64,000 nucleotides of DNA, from assembly GCA_034927595.1 (NCBI GenBank), contig JAYFPQ010000057.1, positions 24,690-88,689 on the forward strand. The letters are read 5' to 3'. Shown piece by piece: positions 47,961 through 57,584 of the stretch. The translations under genes were made by a program, and so were the position numbers. How positions within the stretch are numbered: the first letter of the stretch is position 1; every line of letters begins with the position of its first letter. Below the pieces are notes generated by a model. It did no database searches. It was not told where the DNA came from and was given only the letters and a program-made list of their open reading frames with translations. This stretch comes from Christensenella sp. (GTDB lineage Bacteria > Bacillota > Clostridia > Christensenellales > CAG-138).

Positions 47961-48425
47961 GTAGGATTCTTCAAATCCTTCCGGCGGCTCGGTCTTGCGG
48001 GTTAGATAGACGATTCCATCGAGGTGATCGAGCTCGTGCTGCACGGCGCGCGCGAAGAAATCCTTCGTATCATATGTATGTAACTGACCGTTGCGGTCGT
48101 AGCCTTCGACGACGACATGATCCGCGCGTTCGACATAACCACGCTGTCCAGGGAAGGAGAGGCAGGCTTCGTAGCAGCCCTGCGCGCCTTCCTGAAGGAT
48201 GATGCGCGGATTGACCAGCTCGATTTTTCCTTCACCCGCGTCAATCACGACCACGCGGCGGAGGATGCCGACCTGCGGCGCGGCGAGACCCGCTCCGTTT
48301 GCGGCTTCCATGGTTTCAAACATGTCGTCAATCAGCTCGCCGAGGCGCTCGTCAAACTTCTCGACCGGGCGGCAGACTTTATAGAGGCACGGTTCTTTGT
48401 CCGTGCGGATGGTGCGTAGTGCCAT
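47934..48425 (-). CDS. def: Peptide deformylase
   Basis: 'GLAAPQVG', 'EACLSFPG' and 'HELDHLDG' are present. Confidence 0.95.
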   Translation of the reverse strand: MALRTIRTDKEPCLYKVCRPVEKFDERLGELIDDMFETMEAANGAGLAAPQVGILRRVVVIDAGEGKIELVNPRIILQEGAQGCYEACLSFPGQRGYVERADHVVVEGYDRNGQLHTYDTKDFFARAVQHELDHLDGIVYLTRKTEPPEGFEESYNEEEDQPE

Positions 48426-48607
48426 TGGGAAATTCCTCCTTATTCAACCAACGGTATTGTACTAAATTTTTGAAACACTGTAAAGAAAAGCGATGGTTGA
48501 GTGAAATTCTACCATCGGTTGAGACAAGAAAGACAACTATAAAAACAGGCTATGTTCAAGCCTTTACGCGTATGGCATAATACAACCATGAAAGAGAGGA
48601 TATAAAT

Positions 48608-49612
48608 ATGGAGCAACAAACCATGGGGAAGCGCATAATGCAGCTTCGCAAGGAAAAGGGTTATACACAGGAACAGCTCGCCGAACTCTGCGGTGTTTCC
48701 GCGCAGGCGGTCAGCAAATGGGAGAACGACGTGTCCTGCCCGGACATCTCGATTCTGCCGCAGCTGGCGGAACTGCTCGGCGTTACGACGGACGAACTGC
48801 TCGGCGTGAAGCCGATTGAACCAAAGGTGGTCATTGTGGACGCGCAGAAGAATAAAAAGGAAGGGGATGGCAACTTCTCCGTTTCCTGGGACGGCGCAAA
48901 ACACGCAAAGAAGGACGGCGTTTGGTTTGCAATTCTCGTGATTGTTCTCGGAATGGCGTTCCTGTTGCAGCGCATCGGACTGGTATCCTTCGGCATCTGG
49001 GGCATCATCTGGCCGGCGGTAATCATTGGCATCGGCGTCAGCTGGATGGTCAAACGGTTCTCGATTTTCAGCCTGGCGGTTGCGGGGGTAGGGCTCTACT
49101 TTTTGCTGTTTAACCTCGGCGCAATCTCTTTTGTGCTCACCTGGAGCGTGATCTGGCCGAGCCTGCTCGTGCTGCTTGGGCTGACGATTCTATATGAAAC
49201 GTTGATTCCGCATAAGGAAAAATGGTGTGGCGTTCAGTTCAACGGTGAGAAAAGCAAGCACACCGAGTACGGCGAGAACAACGGCTTTATCCGTTACGAC
49301 TGCTCGTTTTCCGACGAGAACCGTCGTTTTGCTTCGGAGGAGTTCTCCGGCGGCGACATCGATCTTTCTTTTGGAAAGGGCGAGCTGGACCTCGGAAGCG
49401 TACGCCGCGTAACGCCGAATGCAAAGCTGGATGTCGATGTCTCGTTTGGAACGTTTGATCTGGTCGTTCCCAGAACAATCCGGGTGTATGTGAAGTCCGA
49501 TAAGTCGTTTGGGTCGATTCAGATGAATGGCGAGCCAAACTCGGACGCGACTGAGTCATTCGTTCTGGACGGAGACGTTTCCTTTGGAACACTGAACATC
49601 AACTACCGGTAA
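48608..49612 (+). CDS. Membrane-anchored XRE-family HTH regulator with a LiaF-like C-terminal domain
   Basis: The HTH_3 region is 'LRKEKGYTQEQLAELCGVSAQAVSKWEND'. Four or five TM helices follow. The C-terminal repeats 'IDLSFGKGELDL', 'VDVSFGTFDLVVP' and 'GDVSFGTLNINY' are typical of the LiaF/DUF2154 beta domain. Confidence 0.75.
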   Translation: MEQQTMGKRIMQLRKEKGYTQEQLAELCGVSAQAVSKWENDVSCPDISILPQLAELLGVTTDELLGVKPIEPKVVIVDAQKNKKEGDGNFSVSWDGAKHAKKDGVWFAILVIVLGMAFLLQRIGLVSFGIWGIIWPAVIIGIGVSWMVKRFSIFSLAVAGVGLYFLLFNLGAISFVLTWSVIWPSLLVLLGLTILYETLIPHKEKWCGVQFNGEKSKHTEYGENNGFIRYDCSFSDENRRFASEEFSGGDIDLSFGKGELDLGSVRRVTPNAKLDVDVSFGTFDLVVPRTIRVYVKSDKSFGSIQMNGEPNSDATESFVLDGDVSFGTLNINYR

Positions 49613-49623
49613 CCGAGTCAAAC

Positions 49624-49656
49624 AAAAACCGCGCAGAGCAATCTGCGCGGTTTTTT
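49624..49656. terminator. Bidirectional intrinsic terminator
   Basis: AAAAACCGCGCAG-agcaat-CTGCGCGGTTTTTT. Confidence 0.85.
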
Positions 49657-49661
49657 GTGCG

Positions 49662-50429
49662 TTATGCAACGACCAAATCGTAGACTAACCGAATCAGCAG
49701 GAGTGCCAGAACGGTCAGCACAAATGGTTTTACGATTCTTGCGCCATTCTTGAGCAGGATTCCGGCACCGATGAAGTGCCCGGCCACCGCGAAGACGGCG
49801 GAGATCAGCCCGATTGGAATCAGCGCCTGCCCGTTGAGCAGAAATACCGCAAGGCTGCCGATGTTGCTCGCGAGGTTTGCGATCTTTACGTTGCCTGCCG
49901 CGAGTCGCAAGGGGAGCCGCGCGAGCTGTGTATACGCCAGCAGCAGAAACGTGCCGGTACCCGGACCGTAGAACCCGTCGTACATGCCGACGACGAGCGC
50001 GGCGGTGCAGATGATCAGGAATTGTCGTTTTCGGCTCACGGGCTCTAACGTTTCCGGCTCCAAATCGCGCTTTCGCAGCACGACGAGTGCGAGCAATGGA
50101 ATCAGACCGAGCATGATGTAGCGAATCACGTTGTCATCGATGGCGAGGATAATCCGCGCGCCTACGATGGAGCCGAGCACCGCAAGGATGCCGGAGGGGA
50201 TTGCCGTCGGCCAGTCCACGCACTTGTTTTTGATAAAGCGTATCGTGGATGCGCTGGTACCAATGCTGCTCGAGAGTTTGTTCGTCGCAATCGCATTGTG
50301 CGGCGGAATTCCCGCGAGCAGGTACGCGGGCAGCGTGATGAGTCCGCCGCCGCCCGCAACCGCGTCGAGAAGGCTGCCCGCAAACACGAGCGGGCAGATG
50401 ATCAACAGAGTCCAGAGGTTACCAATCAT
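49662..50429 (-). CDS. TauE/SafE family (DUF81) anion exporter-like membrane protein
   Basis: 'LDAVAGGGGLITLPAYLLAGIPPHNAIATNK' is the family N-terminal motif. There are about 8 TM segments. The ATG overlaps the upstream ABC gene stop as ATGA. Confidence 0.85.
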   Translation of the reverse strand: MIGNLWTLLIICPLVFAGSLLDAVAGGGGLITLPAYLLAGIPPHNAIATNKLSSSIGTSASTIRFIKNKCVDWPTAIPSGILAVLGSIVGARIILAIDDNVIRYIMLGLIPLLALVVLRKRDLEPETLEPVSRKRQFLIICTAALVVGMYDGFYGPGTGTFLLLAYTQLARLPLRLAAGNVKIANLASNIGSLAVFLLNGQALIPIGLISAVFAVAGHFIGAGILLKNGARIVKPFVLTVLALLLIRLVYDLVVA

Positions 50430-52294
50430 GCGTTTGTGCGCTCCGATTCCGTGCTCCCGAGGGACTCCGCCGTGCGATCCTCGCAGAATTGCTGGGTGTA
50501 GAGGTCGTAGTAATATCCGCGCTGCTGGAGCAGCTCCTCGTGCGTTCCGCTCTCCTGGATCTTGCCGCCGCGAATGACCAGAATGCGATCCGCGGAGCGA
50601 ATGGTCGAGAGACGGTGGGCGACGATAAAGCTCGTTCGATCCTTGAGGATATGCGTAATTGCGTGTTGAATGAGCTGCTCCGTCTCCGTGTCGATGGAGC
50701 TTGTCGCCTCGTCCAGCACGAAGATGCGCGGGTCCTTCAGCACGACGCGGGCAAACGAAAGCAGCTGCTTCTGCCCAGTGGAGAGGCGCGCGCCGCTTTC
50801 GCCAATCTCCGTTTCGTAGCCCTGTTCCTGCGCGAGGATGAACGGCTCCGCGTGTACGAGGCGCGCCGCCAGATTGACTTCCTCGTCTGTCGCTTCCGGC
50901 TTGCCAAAGCGAATGTTGTCTTTGATTGCGCCGGAGAAGAGATGCGGCGTTTGTAGCACATAGCCGAGGTTCGATTGCAGCCAGAGCTGCGTGCGCTCGC
51001 GATAGTCCGTTCCGTCGATGGTTATGGAACCCTCCGTCGGCTCATAGAAACGGCAGAGCAGGTTCACGATGGTGCTTTTCCCCGCGCCGGTCTCGCCGAC
51101 GAGCGCGATGGTCTGGCCGGCTTTCACGTTCAGCGAGAAGTCGTCCAACACGCGTTCGCCGTTCTTGTATTGGAAGGTTACGTGGTCAAAGACGATGTCG
51201 CCCGTAATCGGTTCCCAGCGCTCGGTGTGCGGTTCCATGATGTCGCCATACTTGGCGACGATGTCCGCGCGATCCGTCACGTCCGGTTCCGTGTTGAGCA
51301 GCGCAATGACGCGCTCGGCGGACGCCTGCGCGCCCAGCATCTCCGCGAGGATGTTCGCGAGCTGCTGAATCGGGTCGAAGAGCTGCGTACAGTAGGTGAC
51401 GAACGCAACCAGCGTGCCCGCCGTCAGCGCACCGACAAACGCGGTTCCGGGATTGAGCACCGCGTCGCCGCCGAGTGTCAGCGCGAACGCCGTACCGATG
51501 GCTCCAAGCGACATCACGACCGGAAAGAACGCGGCGGAGACGAGCGCGCTTTTAACGCTCGCTTTCCTCATGCTGCCCGTCAGCTCGTTGAACTCGTTTG
51601 CGTTCGCTTCCTCGCGCACGAGCGTCTTGGTGGTCACCGCACCCATGATGCCCTCGTTGAACGCGCCCGTGATGCGGGAGTTCAGTTTTCGCGCGTCGCG
51701 CTGGTGCTTGAGCATCAACGTTTGGAGCTTGATGCTGATGAAAATGAGCAGCGGAAGCACCGCAAGCGAGATCAGCGCGAGTTTCCACGAGAGCACAAAC
51801 ATCGTGACCATGCAGCCGAGCGCGAAAAACAGCGACCAGAGCACGTCCACAAGGCTCCACGCGATCATGTCGCTGAGGCGCGAAATGTCGCTCATCATGC
51901 GAGCCATGATGTAACCAACCGCCGTGCGGTCATAGAACGAAAACGAGAGCTCCTGCAAGCGGCGGAACGCGTCCTGCCGAATCGTGTAGGCAATCTTCAT
52001 CTCGAGCTGTCCCGCGCAGTTGATAAACGTAATCACGCCCGACCCCTGCACGAGAATCACGATCGCATAGAGCGCGGCGAACCGGCCAAGTCCTTCGATC
52101 GATTTGGGCAGGACAAAGTGGTCGATGGCATAGCTCGTAAACAGCGGATAGGCAATGTCGATCAACGCGACGAAGATCAGCGCCGCGATGACAGTAAAGA
52201 ATAACCCTTTGTGTTGGAGGGCGTAGCGGTAGAGGCGCTTCCAAACGCCCCAGTCGATCCGCTTTGCCGCGAAATCCTGTTCTTCAATATACAT
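50426..52294 (-). CDS. ABC exporter half-transporter (TMD-NBD), consensus-site subunit of a heterodimer
   Basis: Walker A is 'GETGAGKST' and Walker B 'IFVLDEATSSID' (catalytic Glu present). The ABC signature is degenerate ('LSTGQKQL'). Confidence 0.9.
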   Translation of the reverse strand: MYIEEQDFAAKRIDWGVWKRLYRYALQHKGLFFTVIAALIFVALIDIAYPLFTSYAIDHFVLPKSIEGLGRFAALYAIVILVQGSGVITFINCAGQLEMKIAYTIRQDAFRRLQELSFSFYDRTAVGYIMARMMSDISRLSDMIAWSLVDVLWSLFFALGCMVTMFVLSWKLALISLAVLPLLIFISIKLQTLMLKHQRDARKLNSRITGAFNEGIMGAVTTKTLVREEANANEFNELTGSMRKASVKSALVSAAFFPVVMSLGAIGTAFALTLGGDAVLNPGTAFVGALTAGTLVAFVTYCTQLFDPIQQLANILAEMLGAQASAERVIALLNTEPDVTDRADIVAKYGDIMEPHTERWEPITGDIVFDHVTFQYKNGERVLDDFSLNVKAGQTIALVGETGAGKSTIVNLLCRFYEPTEGSITIDGTDYRERTQLWLQSNLGYVLQTPHLFSGAIKDNIRFGKPEATDEEVNLAARLVHAEPFILAQEQGYETEIGESGARLSTGQKQLLSFARVVLKDPRIFVLDEATSSIDTETEQLIQHAITHILKDRTSFIVAHRLSTIRSADRILVIRGGKIQESGTHEELLQQRGYYYDLYTQQFCEDRTAESLGSTESERTNA

Positions 52295-54159
52295 TATCGT
52301 TCATCTCCTTCCGAAACGGCATCCTGAATCTCCGCAATGCGGCGATACAGGCCCGGCTCCCGGAGCAGTTGTTGGTGAGTGCCCTGCTGGGTGATGCGTC
52401 CGCCTTCCAGCACGAGGATGTTGTCCGCCTGACTCAGCGTCGTGATCCGATGCGAAATGAGGAACGTGATTCCCTCGCGGTTCAGCGCGAGCAGGGACTT
52501 TCGAATTGCCGCGTCGGTTTCGGAGTCGACGGCGCTCATCGAATCGTCAAAGATTAAGATCGGCGCCTGCTGCATCAGCGTCCGCGCGATTGCGACGCGC
52601 TGCTGCTGTCCACCGGAGAGCATGACCCCGCGCTCGCCAACGAGCGTTTCGTAGCCTTGATCAAACGATTCAATCACCTCGTGGACACTCGCCGTCCGCG
52701 CGGCGCGGTAAACGTCCTCCTCGGTTGCGCAGGGCGCGCAGATGCGAATGTTCTCCATGATCGTGCGCGAGTAGAGGAAGGGCTCCTGCAGCACGATGCC
52801 AATGTTGCGGCGCAGGTGCCCGTGCTCAATGTCGTTGACGTCCGTGCCATTGATCGTGAGGTTTCCGGCGGTGCGAACATACAGCCGCTGGAGCAGCTGC
52901 ACGAGGCTGGTCTTGCCGGAACCCGTTGCGCCGAGGATGGCGATGGTCTGGCCGGGCTTGGCGGTAAAGCTCACGCCGTCCAACACGTCGTTGTAGTGGT
53001 CGTAGCCAAAGCAAACCTTGTCAAACACGATGTCGCCGCAGAGATCCGGTGAGAGCTCTTTGCCCGGCTCCTGCTCAACCGGCGCGGAGAGGATTTCGTC
53101 CAGTCGCCCAAAGGAGACCGCCGCCTTGCCCATGTCCGCGAGAATGCGGCCGAGTTGGCGCACCGGCCAGGTGAGCATTGCAACATAAGTCGTAAACAGC
53201 GCAACGTTGCCGAGCGAGAACGTCCCTTTGGAAACGAAGTACACGCCCATGCAGAGCGACAGCGCAATCTGGAGGTAACCAATGCTATCGGACATGCCCC
53301 AGTAGAAACCGAGCAGTTTGATGAGCTTGTAGGTCTTGTCCCGATAGGACTGGTTCAGTTTCGTAAACTTCTCAATTTCGCTCTTCTGCTGGCCGAATGC
53401 ACGAACTACGCGTACGCCGGTCAGGTTCTCCTGCAGCATGGTCGAGAGCGCGCCCTCCGCTTCGTCCGAGGCGGTGAAGTACTTGCGAACGTACTGGAAA
53501 TAGACAAACGAGCTGATCGTCAGCACCGGCAGAAACGCCATGGAGATCAGCGTCATCTTGACGTTGATCGAGAACATCACCGCCGCGGCGAGGCCGAACA
53601 TCACGAACGTTCTCACGATTTCCATGAGTTGCAGCTGAATGAACCGGCGAACGGTGTCCACGTCCGACGTGCAGCGCTGCACAAGGTCGCCCGTGCTCGC
53701 GTGCTTGTGGTAGTCGTATGGAACGTCCTCCAAATGGCGATACAACCGGTCGCGCAGCACCTTTGCGGAGCCTTCGGAAGCGACGGCAATGTTCTCGCGG
53801 CGCGTATAGGTAAACAGGCAGTTCAGCGCCGTGAATACGAACAGTGCGATGCCGCAAAGAAACAGATTGCGCGCAAAGAACGCCCGGCCACCGAGCGATT
53901 CCATCAGCGGCAGGAGGAGCGCGGGGGTGGATTTGTCGGTTCCCTGAATCACATAATCGAGCGTAAAGCTGGTGACGTATGGCACGGCATAGGAAAACGC
54001 CGTGGAAAGCAACACGCTGATGGTAGCAAAGACGATGTTATGCCGAAATCCGCGCAGAATCTGTTTTGCGAGTTTCCAGTTTACCTTGCGGTGTTCGGAC
54101 TGAGTGGAGGAGTCAACATTCTGGGGGTTCTTCTGATTCTGTTTGTTCTTCTTTTTCAT
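52294..54159 (-). CDS. ABC exporter half-transporter (TMD-NBD), degenerate-site subunit of a heterodimer
   Basis: Walker A is 'GATGSGKTS' and the signature is canonical ('LSGGQQQR'). Walker B is 'ILIFDDSMSAVD', with Asp in place of the catalytic Glu. I chose the start at MKKKNKQ (ATG 54159). The stop overlaps the partner gene's start as TAATG. Confidence 0.9.
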   Translation of the reverse strand: MKKKNKQNQKNPQNVDSSTQSEHRKVNWKLAKQILRGFRHNIVFATISVLLSTAFSYAVPYVTSFTLDYVIQGTDKSTPALLLPLMESLGGRAFFARNLFLCGIALFVFTALNCLFTYTRRENIAVASEGSAKVLRDRLYRHLEDVPYDYHKHASTGDLVQRCTSDVDTVRRFIQLQLMEIVRTFVMFGLAAAVMFSINVKMTLISMAFLPVLTISSFVYFQYVRKYFTASDEAEGALSTMLQENLTGVRVVRAFGQQKSEIEKFTKLNQSYRDKTYKLIKLLGFYWGMSDSIGYLQIALSLCMGVYFVSKGTFSLGNVALFTTYVAMLTWPVRQLGRILADMGKAAVSFGRLDEILSAPVEQEPGKELSPDLCGDIVFDKVCFGYDHYNDVLDGVSFTAKPGQTIAILGATGSGKTSLVQLLQRLYVRTAGNLTINGTDVNDIEHGHLRRNIGIVLQEPFLYSRTIMENIRICAPCATEEDVYRAARTASVHEVIESFDQGYETLVGERGVMLSGGQQQRVAIARTLMQQAPILIFDDSMSAVDSETDAAIRKSLLALNREGITFLISHRITTLSQADNILVLEGGRITQQGTHQQLLREPGLYRRIAEIQDAVSEGDER

Positions 54160-54220
54160 TTCAATATCCCGTAGGTTCCCGCGTGTCTTCGATAGAACCC
54201 GCCGATTCGGGTAATCCGAC

Positions 54221-56509
54221 TTAGAGCATATCCTGCGGATTGACCTCAACCATGGCGAACAGTTCTTCCCGATGTTCCGCGGCGAACGTATAAATCGTTT
54301 GGATCGCGTCGCTCAGGCGCGCCGTGCGCAGCAACTTGATCAGTATCTGGTAGCGATAGGCACGCTGTTTTCGTTTGATGGGCGCGGGGGAGGCGCTGTA
54401 GAGCAGGATGTCCCGCTCGCCCTCCTTACCGAGACGCTCGTCGAGCGCAGTCTTCAGCTTGTCCGCATAGTCGCGGATGCCGGAAGCGAGCTGTTGCTCG
54501 TCGTCGCCGGAAAACAGAATGCGAATGAACAGCGAAAACGGCGGAAAGACGGCTTTCTTGCGCTGTTCGAGTTCGTAGTTGAAGAAACTGCGGTAGTCGT
54601 GGTTCTTCGCAAAGCGAATGGCCGGATGCGCGGGCGAGTAGGTTTGAACGATCACGCGCCCGGGGGTTTCATCGCGGCCTGCCCGACCCGCAACTTGCGT
54701 GAGCAACTGAAAGGTGCGCTCCGTGCTGCGGTAGTCCGGAATCATCAGCGTCGCGTCCGCGGCGACCACGCCAACCAGCGTTACGTTTGGAAAATCGTGC
54801 CCCTTGGCAATCATCTGTGTGCCGACGAGGAACTGCGCCTCTCCGCGCGAAAACGCGCCGAGCAGCTGCTGCATGGAGTCCTTGGTGCGGATCGTGTCCG
54901 TGTCCATCCGGAGGGTAACGGCCTTCGGAAAGAGCTCGTGTAGCTGTTCTTCGACCTGCTCCGTACCAATGCCGAAATACTTGATAAACGCCTTGCCACA
55001 GGCGGGGCATTTCGTCGGCAGGGGCTTGACCGCGCCGCAGAAGTGGCAGCGGAGGCGGTTTTCGCCCTTATGGTACGTCATGGAAATATCGCAGTCGTCG
55101 CAAAAGACGACGTGACCGCAGTTTCGGCAGGAGACGAAGGTGGAGTACCCGCGGCGGTTGATAAACAGCATGGCCTGCTGGCCTTTTTCATAGCACTCGC
55201 CGAGGTACTGCGCGAGCCTGCCGCTGAAGATGCTGTTGTTGCCCGCCTGAAACTCCATTCGCATGTCGATGATCTCCACCTGCGGGAGCGGACGGTTCTG
55301 CACCCGCTCCGGCAGTTCTAGCAGTTGATACCGTCCCGACAGCGCGCGGTAGAAGGAGAGCAGCGACGGCGTCGCGCTGCCGAGCAGCAGCGGTGCGCCG
55401 AACTGTTTTGCGCGATAGGCGGCTACCTCCAGCGCGCCGTAGCGCGGGGTGGTTTCGCTCTGGTAGCTGCCTTCGTGCTCCTCGTCGACAATGATCAGGC
55501 CGACGTTTTGCATCGGCGCGAACACAGCGCTTCTTGCGCCAACCGCGACGCGGGCCTTGCCGAGCCGGATTCTGCGCCACTCATCGAACCGCTCGCCCGC
55601 CGAAAGGCGGCTGTGGAGCACGGCAATTCCATCCGAAAACCGCTCCTGAAACAGGCCGACGGTCTGGGGCGTGAGCGCGATTTCCGGAACGAGCATAATC
55701 GCCTGTCGACCGGCCGCGAGGCAGCGCTCGATGGCGTGCATATACACCTCGGTCTTGCCGCTGCCGGTTACCCCATGCAGCAGCAGCGTTCCGCCGCGCT
55801 GCTCCATTGCCAGAGCAATGGCTTCCACCGCGCGAACCTGCGCGTCGTTGAGCGTAACCTGCTTGTCCTCTGCAACGTTGCCCATGTTTGGGCGGCGGAA
55901 GGTCACGTGACCGCCCTCGACCACATAGCCCTTCTGCACAAGCGCTTTGATCGCGCCCTGCGCGTCCGGAACGAACGCAAGTACATCGGAAACGGACATT
56001 TCCACGTTGCAGTTAAGAAGCGTTTCGAACACTTCGTACTGCTTTGGTGCGCGGGGTTTGCCGTTCTTGTCCAGCAGCGATTGGAGCTGTTCGGCTGCGG
56101 TTTCCGGACTGGCCAGCCGGAGCGTCCGTTCAATCTTCTCCTTGATTTTTCCGCCGCGCATCTGCGCGGGAATCATCAGCCGCAGCGCGTCCACGAGCAG
56201 GCAAAAGTAGTTCTTCTGCATCCAGAACGCGAGCTCAATCTGCTCCGGTGTGAGGATGGGGTAGGGCTCGATGACGCGGAGCACATGCTTGAGCGTGATG
56301 GGCGGTGCCGTTTCATCGACCGACTCGTTCGTTTCTTGCGAATCGAGTACGCGAAGAACAAATCCTTCGCGCTGGCGGTTGCCGGAGCCGAACGGTACGA
56401 GTACATGGCTGCCAGATTGAACAGCGAGATCGTCCGGAACGAGATAGCTATAGACGCGGTCGACGTTTGCATGCGCAATGTCGACAATGACCTCGCAGAC
56501 TTGTTCCAC
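54221..56509 (-). CDS. priA: Primosomal replication-restart helicase PriA
   Basis: 'HGVTGSGKTEVY' and 'IIVDEEHEGSY' are present, with the Cys-rich zinc region 'CRNCGHVVFCDDCDISMTYH...CHFCG...CPACG'. I chose the GTG start at 56509 because GAGGTGA lies 5 nt upstream and the N-terminus 'VEQVCEVIVDIA' is family-typical. Confidence 0.9.
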   Translation of the reverse strand: MEQVCEVIVDIAHANVDRVYSYLVPDDLAVQSGSHVLVPFGSGNRQREGFVLRVLDSQETNESVDETAPPITLKHVLRVIEPYPILTPEQIELAFWMQKNYFCLLVDALRLMIPAQMRGGKIKEKIERTLRLASPETAAEQLQSLLDKNGKPRAPKQYEVFETLLNCNVEMSVSDVLAFVPDAQGAIKALVQKGYVVEGGHVTFRRPNMGNVAEDKQVTLNDAQVRAVEAIALAMEQRGGTLLLHGVTGSGKTEVYMHAIERCLAAGRQAIMLVPEIALTPQTVGLFQERFSDGIAVLHSRLSAGERFDEWRRIRLGKARVAVGARSAVFAPMQNVGLIIVDEEHEGSYQSETTPRYGALEVAAYRAKQFGAPLLLGSATPSLLSFYRALSGRYQLLELPERVQNRPLPQVEIIDMRMEFQAGNNSIFSGRLAQYLGECYEKGQQAMLFINRRGYSTFVSCRNCGHVVFCDDCDISMTYHKGENRLRCHFCGAVKPLPTKCPACGKAFIKYFGIGTEQVEEQLHELFPKAVTLRMDTDTIRTKDSMQQLLGAFSRGEAQFLVGTQMIAKGHDFPNVTLVGVVAADATLMIPDYRSTERTFQLLTQVAGRAGRDETPGRVIVQTYSPAHPAIRFAKNHDYRSFFNYELEQRKKAVFPPFSLFIRILFSGDDEQQLASGIRDYADKLKTALDERLGKEGERDILLYSASPAPIKRKQRAYRYQILIKLLRTARLSDAIQTIYTFAAEHREELFAMVEVNPQDML

Positions 56510-56735
56510 GCCGCTCACCTCGCTTTGCCGTTCCGGCTTAGATTTGGGTTTAATGGTTCGATGATGTGTTGTTTTTGTTCCGGCGTTTTGCGATTTTGCC
56601 AAAACCACAAACAGCCCGCAAGCGGGCCATTGCACGTCAAATCCATAACGGAACAAGCCCGTGACGGATTCGGCAAGAATTCATATCAAATCGTATGGTT
56701 ACGGGAATGACGTTCCCGCAATTAAGCAGGGTTGG

Positions 56736-56936
56736 TCAGTCCTGATAGAATTCCTTCGGAAAATCCATATTCAGCTGGTCGTGATATAGTTCATCGACCG
56801 CAACGGAAACAGGCTTGCGTCCGCTGAGCTTTTCTGGATCCGACTGCAATTGGCGCGCTCTCTGCGCAACGACGGTAACCAGCATATAGCGGCACCCCGT
56901 CTTTTCAATCAGTTCGTTCAACGGTAGATTCATCAT
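56736..56936 (-). CDS. rpoZ: DNA-directed RNA polymerase subunit omega
   Basis: 'NRYMLVTVVAQRARQL'-type motif ('CRYMLVTVVAQRARQLQ'). Length is 66 aa. The start overlaps the gmk stop as ATGA. Confidence 0.9.
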   Translation of the reverse strand: MMNLPLNELIEKTGCRYMLVTVVAQRARQLQSDPEKLSGRKPVSVAVDELYHDQLNMDFPKEFYQD

Positions 56937-57562
56937 ATCGCGTTCCTGCCTCCTTGTAGTTTCTCGATCAGTTCGCCGTTGCGATAAACCCGGCAGCGCT
57001 CCGCGGCAATAATTTGTTCGGTGCGCGCAATCGCAAGGTCTAGAATATCGTTTACGACAACATAATCGTATTGCTTTACATACTCGAGCTCCTCATACGC
57101 CGTTTCAAACCGGCGCTCAATCGCCTCGGTGGATTCGGTTCCACGATGGATGAGGCGGGACTTGAGTTCGCTCATGGAAGGCGGAGCAATGAAGATGAGC
57201 ACAGCGTCGGGATAGGCGGCCTTCACGCGCATCGCGCCGTGAACGTCGATCTCCAGAATGACGCTGCGGCCTTCCTGGAGTTCCTGCTCGACCAAGCTCT
57301 TCGGCGTTCCGTACTAATGCATGTCGAATACGTGCATGTATTCGAGGAACGCGCCCTGATCGATCATCTGCTTGAATTCGTCTTCCGATTTAAAGAAATA
57401 ATGAACGCCGTTGATCTCGCCGGGACGCGGCGCGCGCGTCGTCGCAGAGACGGACATGCGAATGTCGCTGTTGCGCTCGATGAGTGTTTGATTGATGGTG
57501 CCTTTGCCAACACCGGCAGGGCCGGAAACAACAAGCAGCAGGCCTTTTCGATTCTGATTCAT
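56933..57562 (-). pseudogene. gmk: Guanylate kinase interrupted by a single in-frame TAG (57314-57316)
   Basis: The N-terminal half has 'VVSGPAGVGKGT' (P-loop) and 'SATTRAPRPGE'. It reads ...FLEYMHVFDMH-TAG-YGTPKSLVEQEL..., and the same frame continues through 'LEIDVHGA' and 'FIAPPS' to TGA 56933-56935. RBS AAGAGGAGA lies upstream of ATG 57562. Confidence 0.85.
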
Positions 57563-57584
57563 ACCAAAGGGTCTCCTCTTCTCG

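Noticed and set aside
57314-57316. The gmk TAG read as pyrrolysine or as a reassigned sense codon
   Set aside because: No pyl genes are in the window, and TAG clearly terminates at least three other genes here (8207-8209, 20915-20917, 40497-40499). Reassignment is not supported, so the site is reported as an unexplained in-frame stop.
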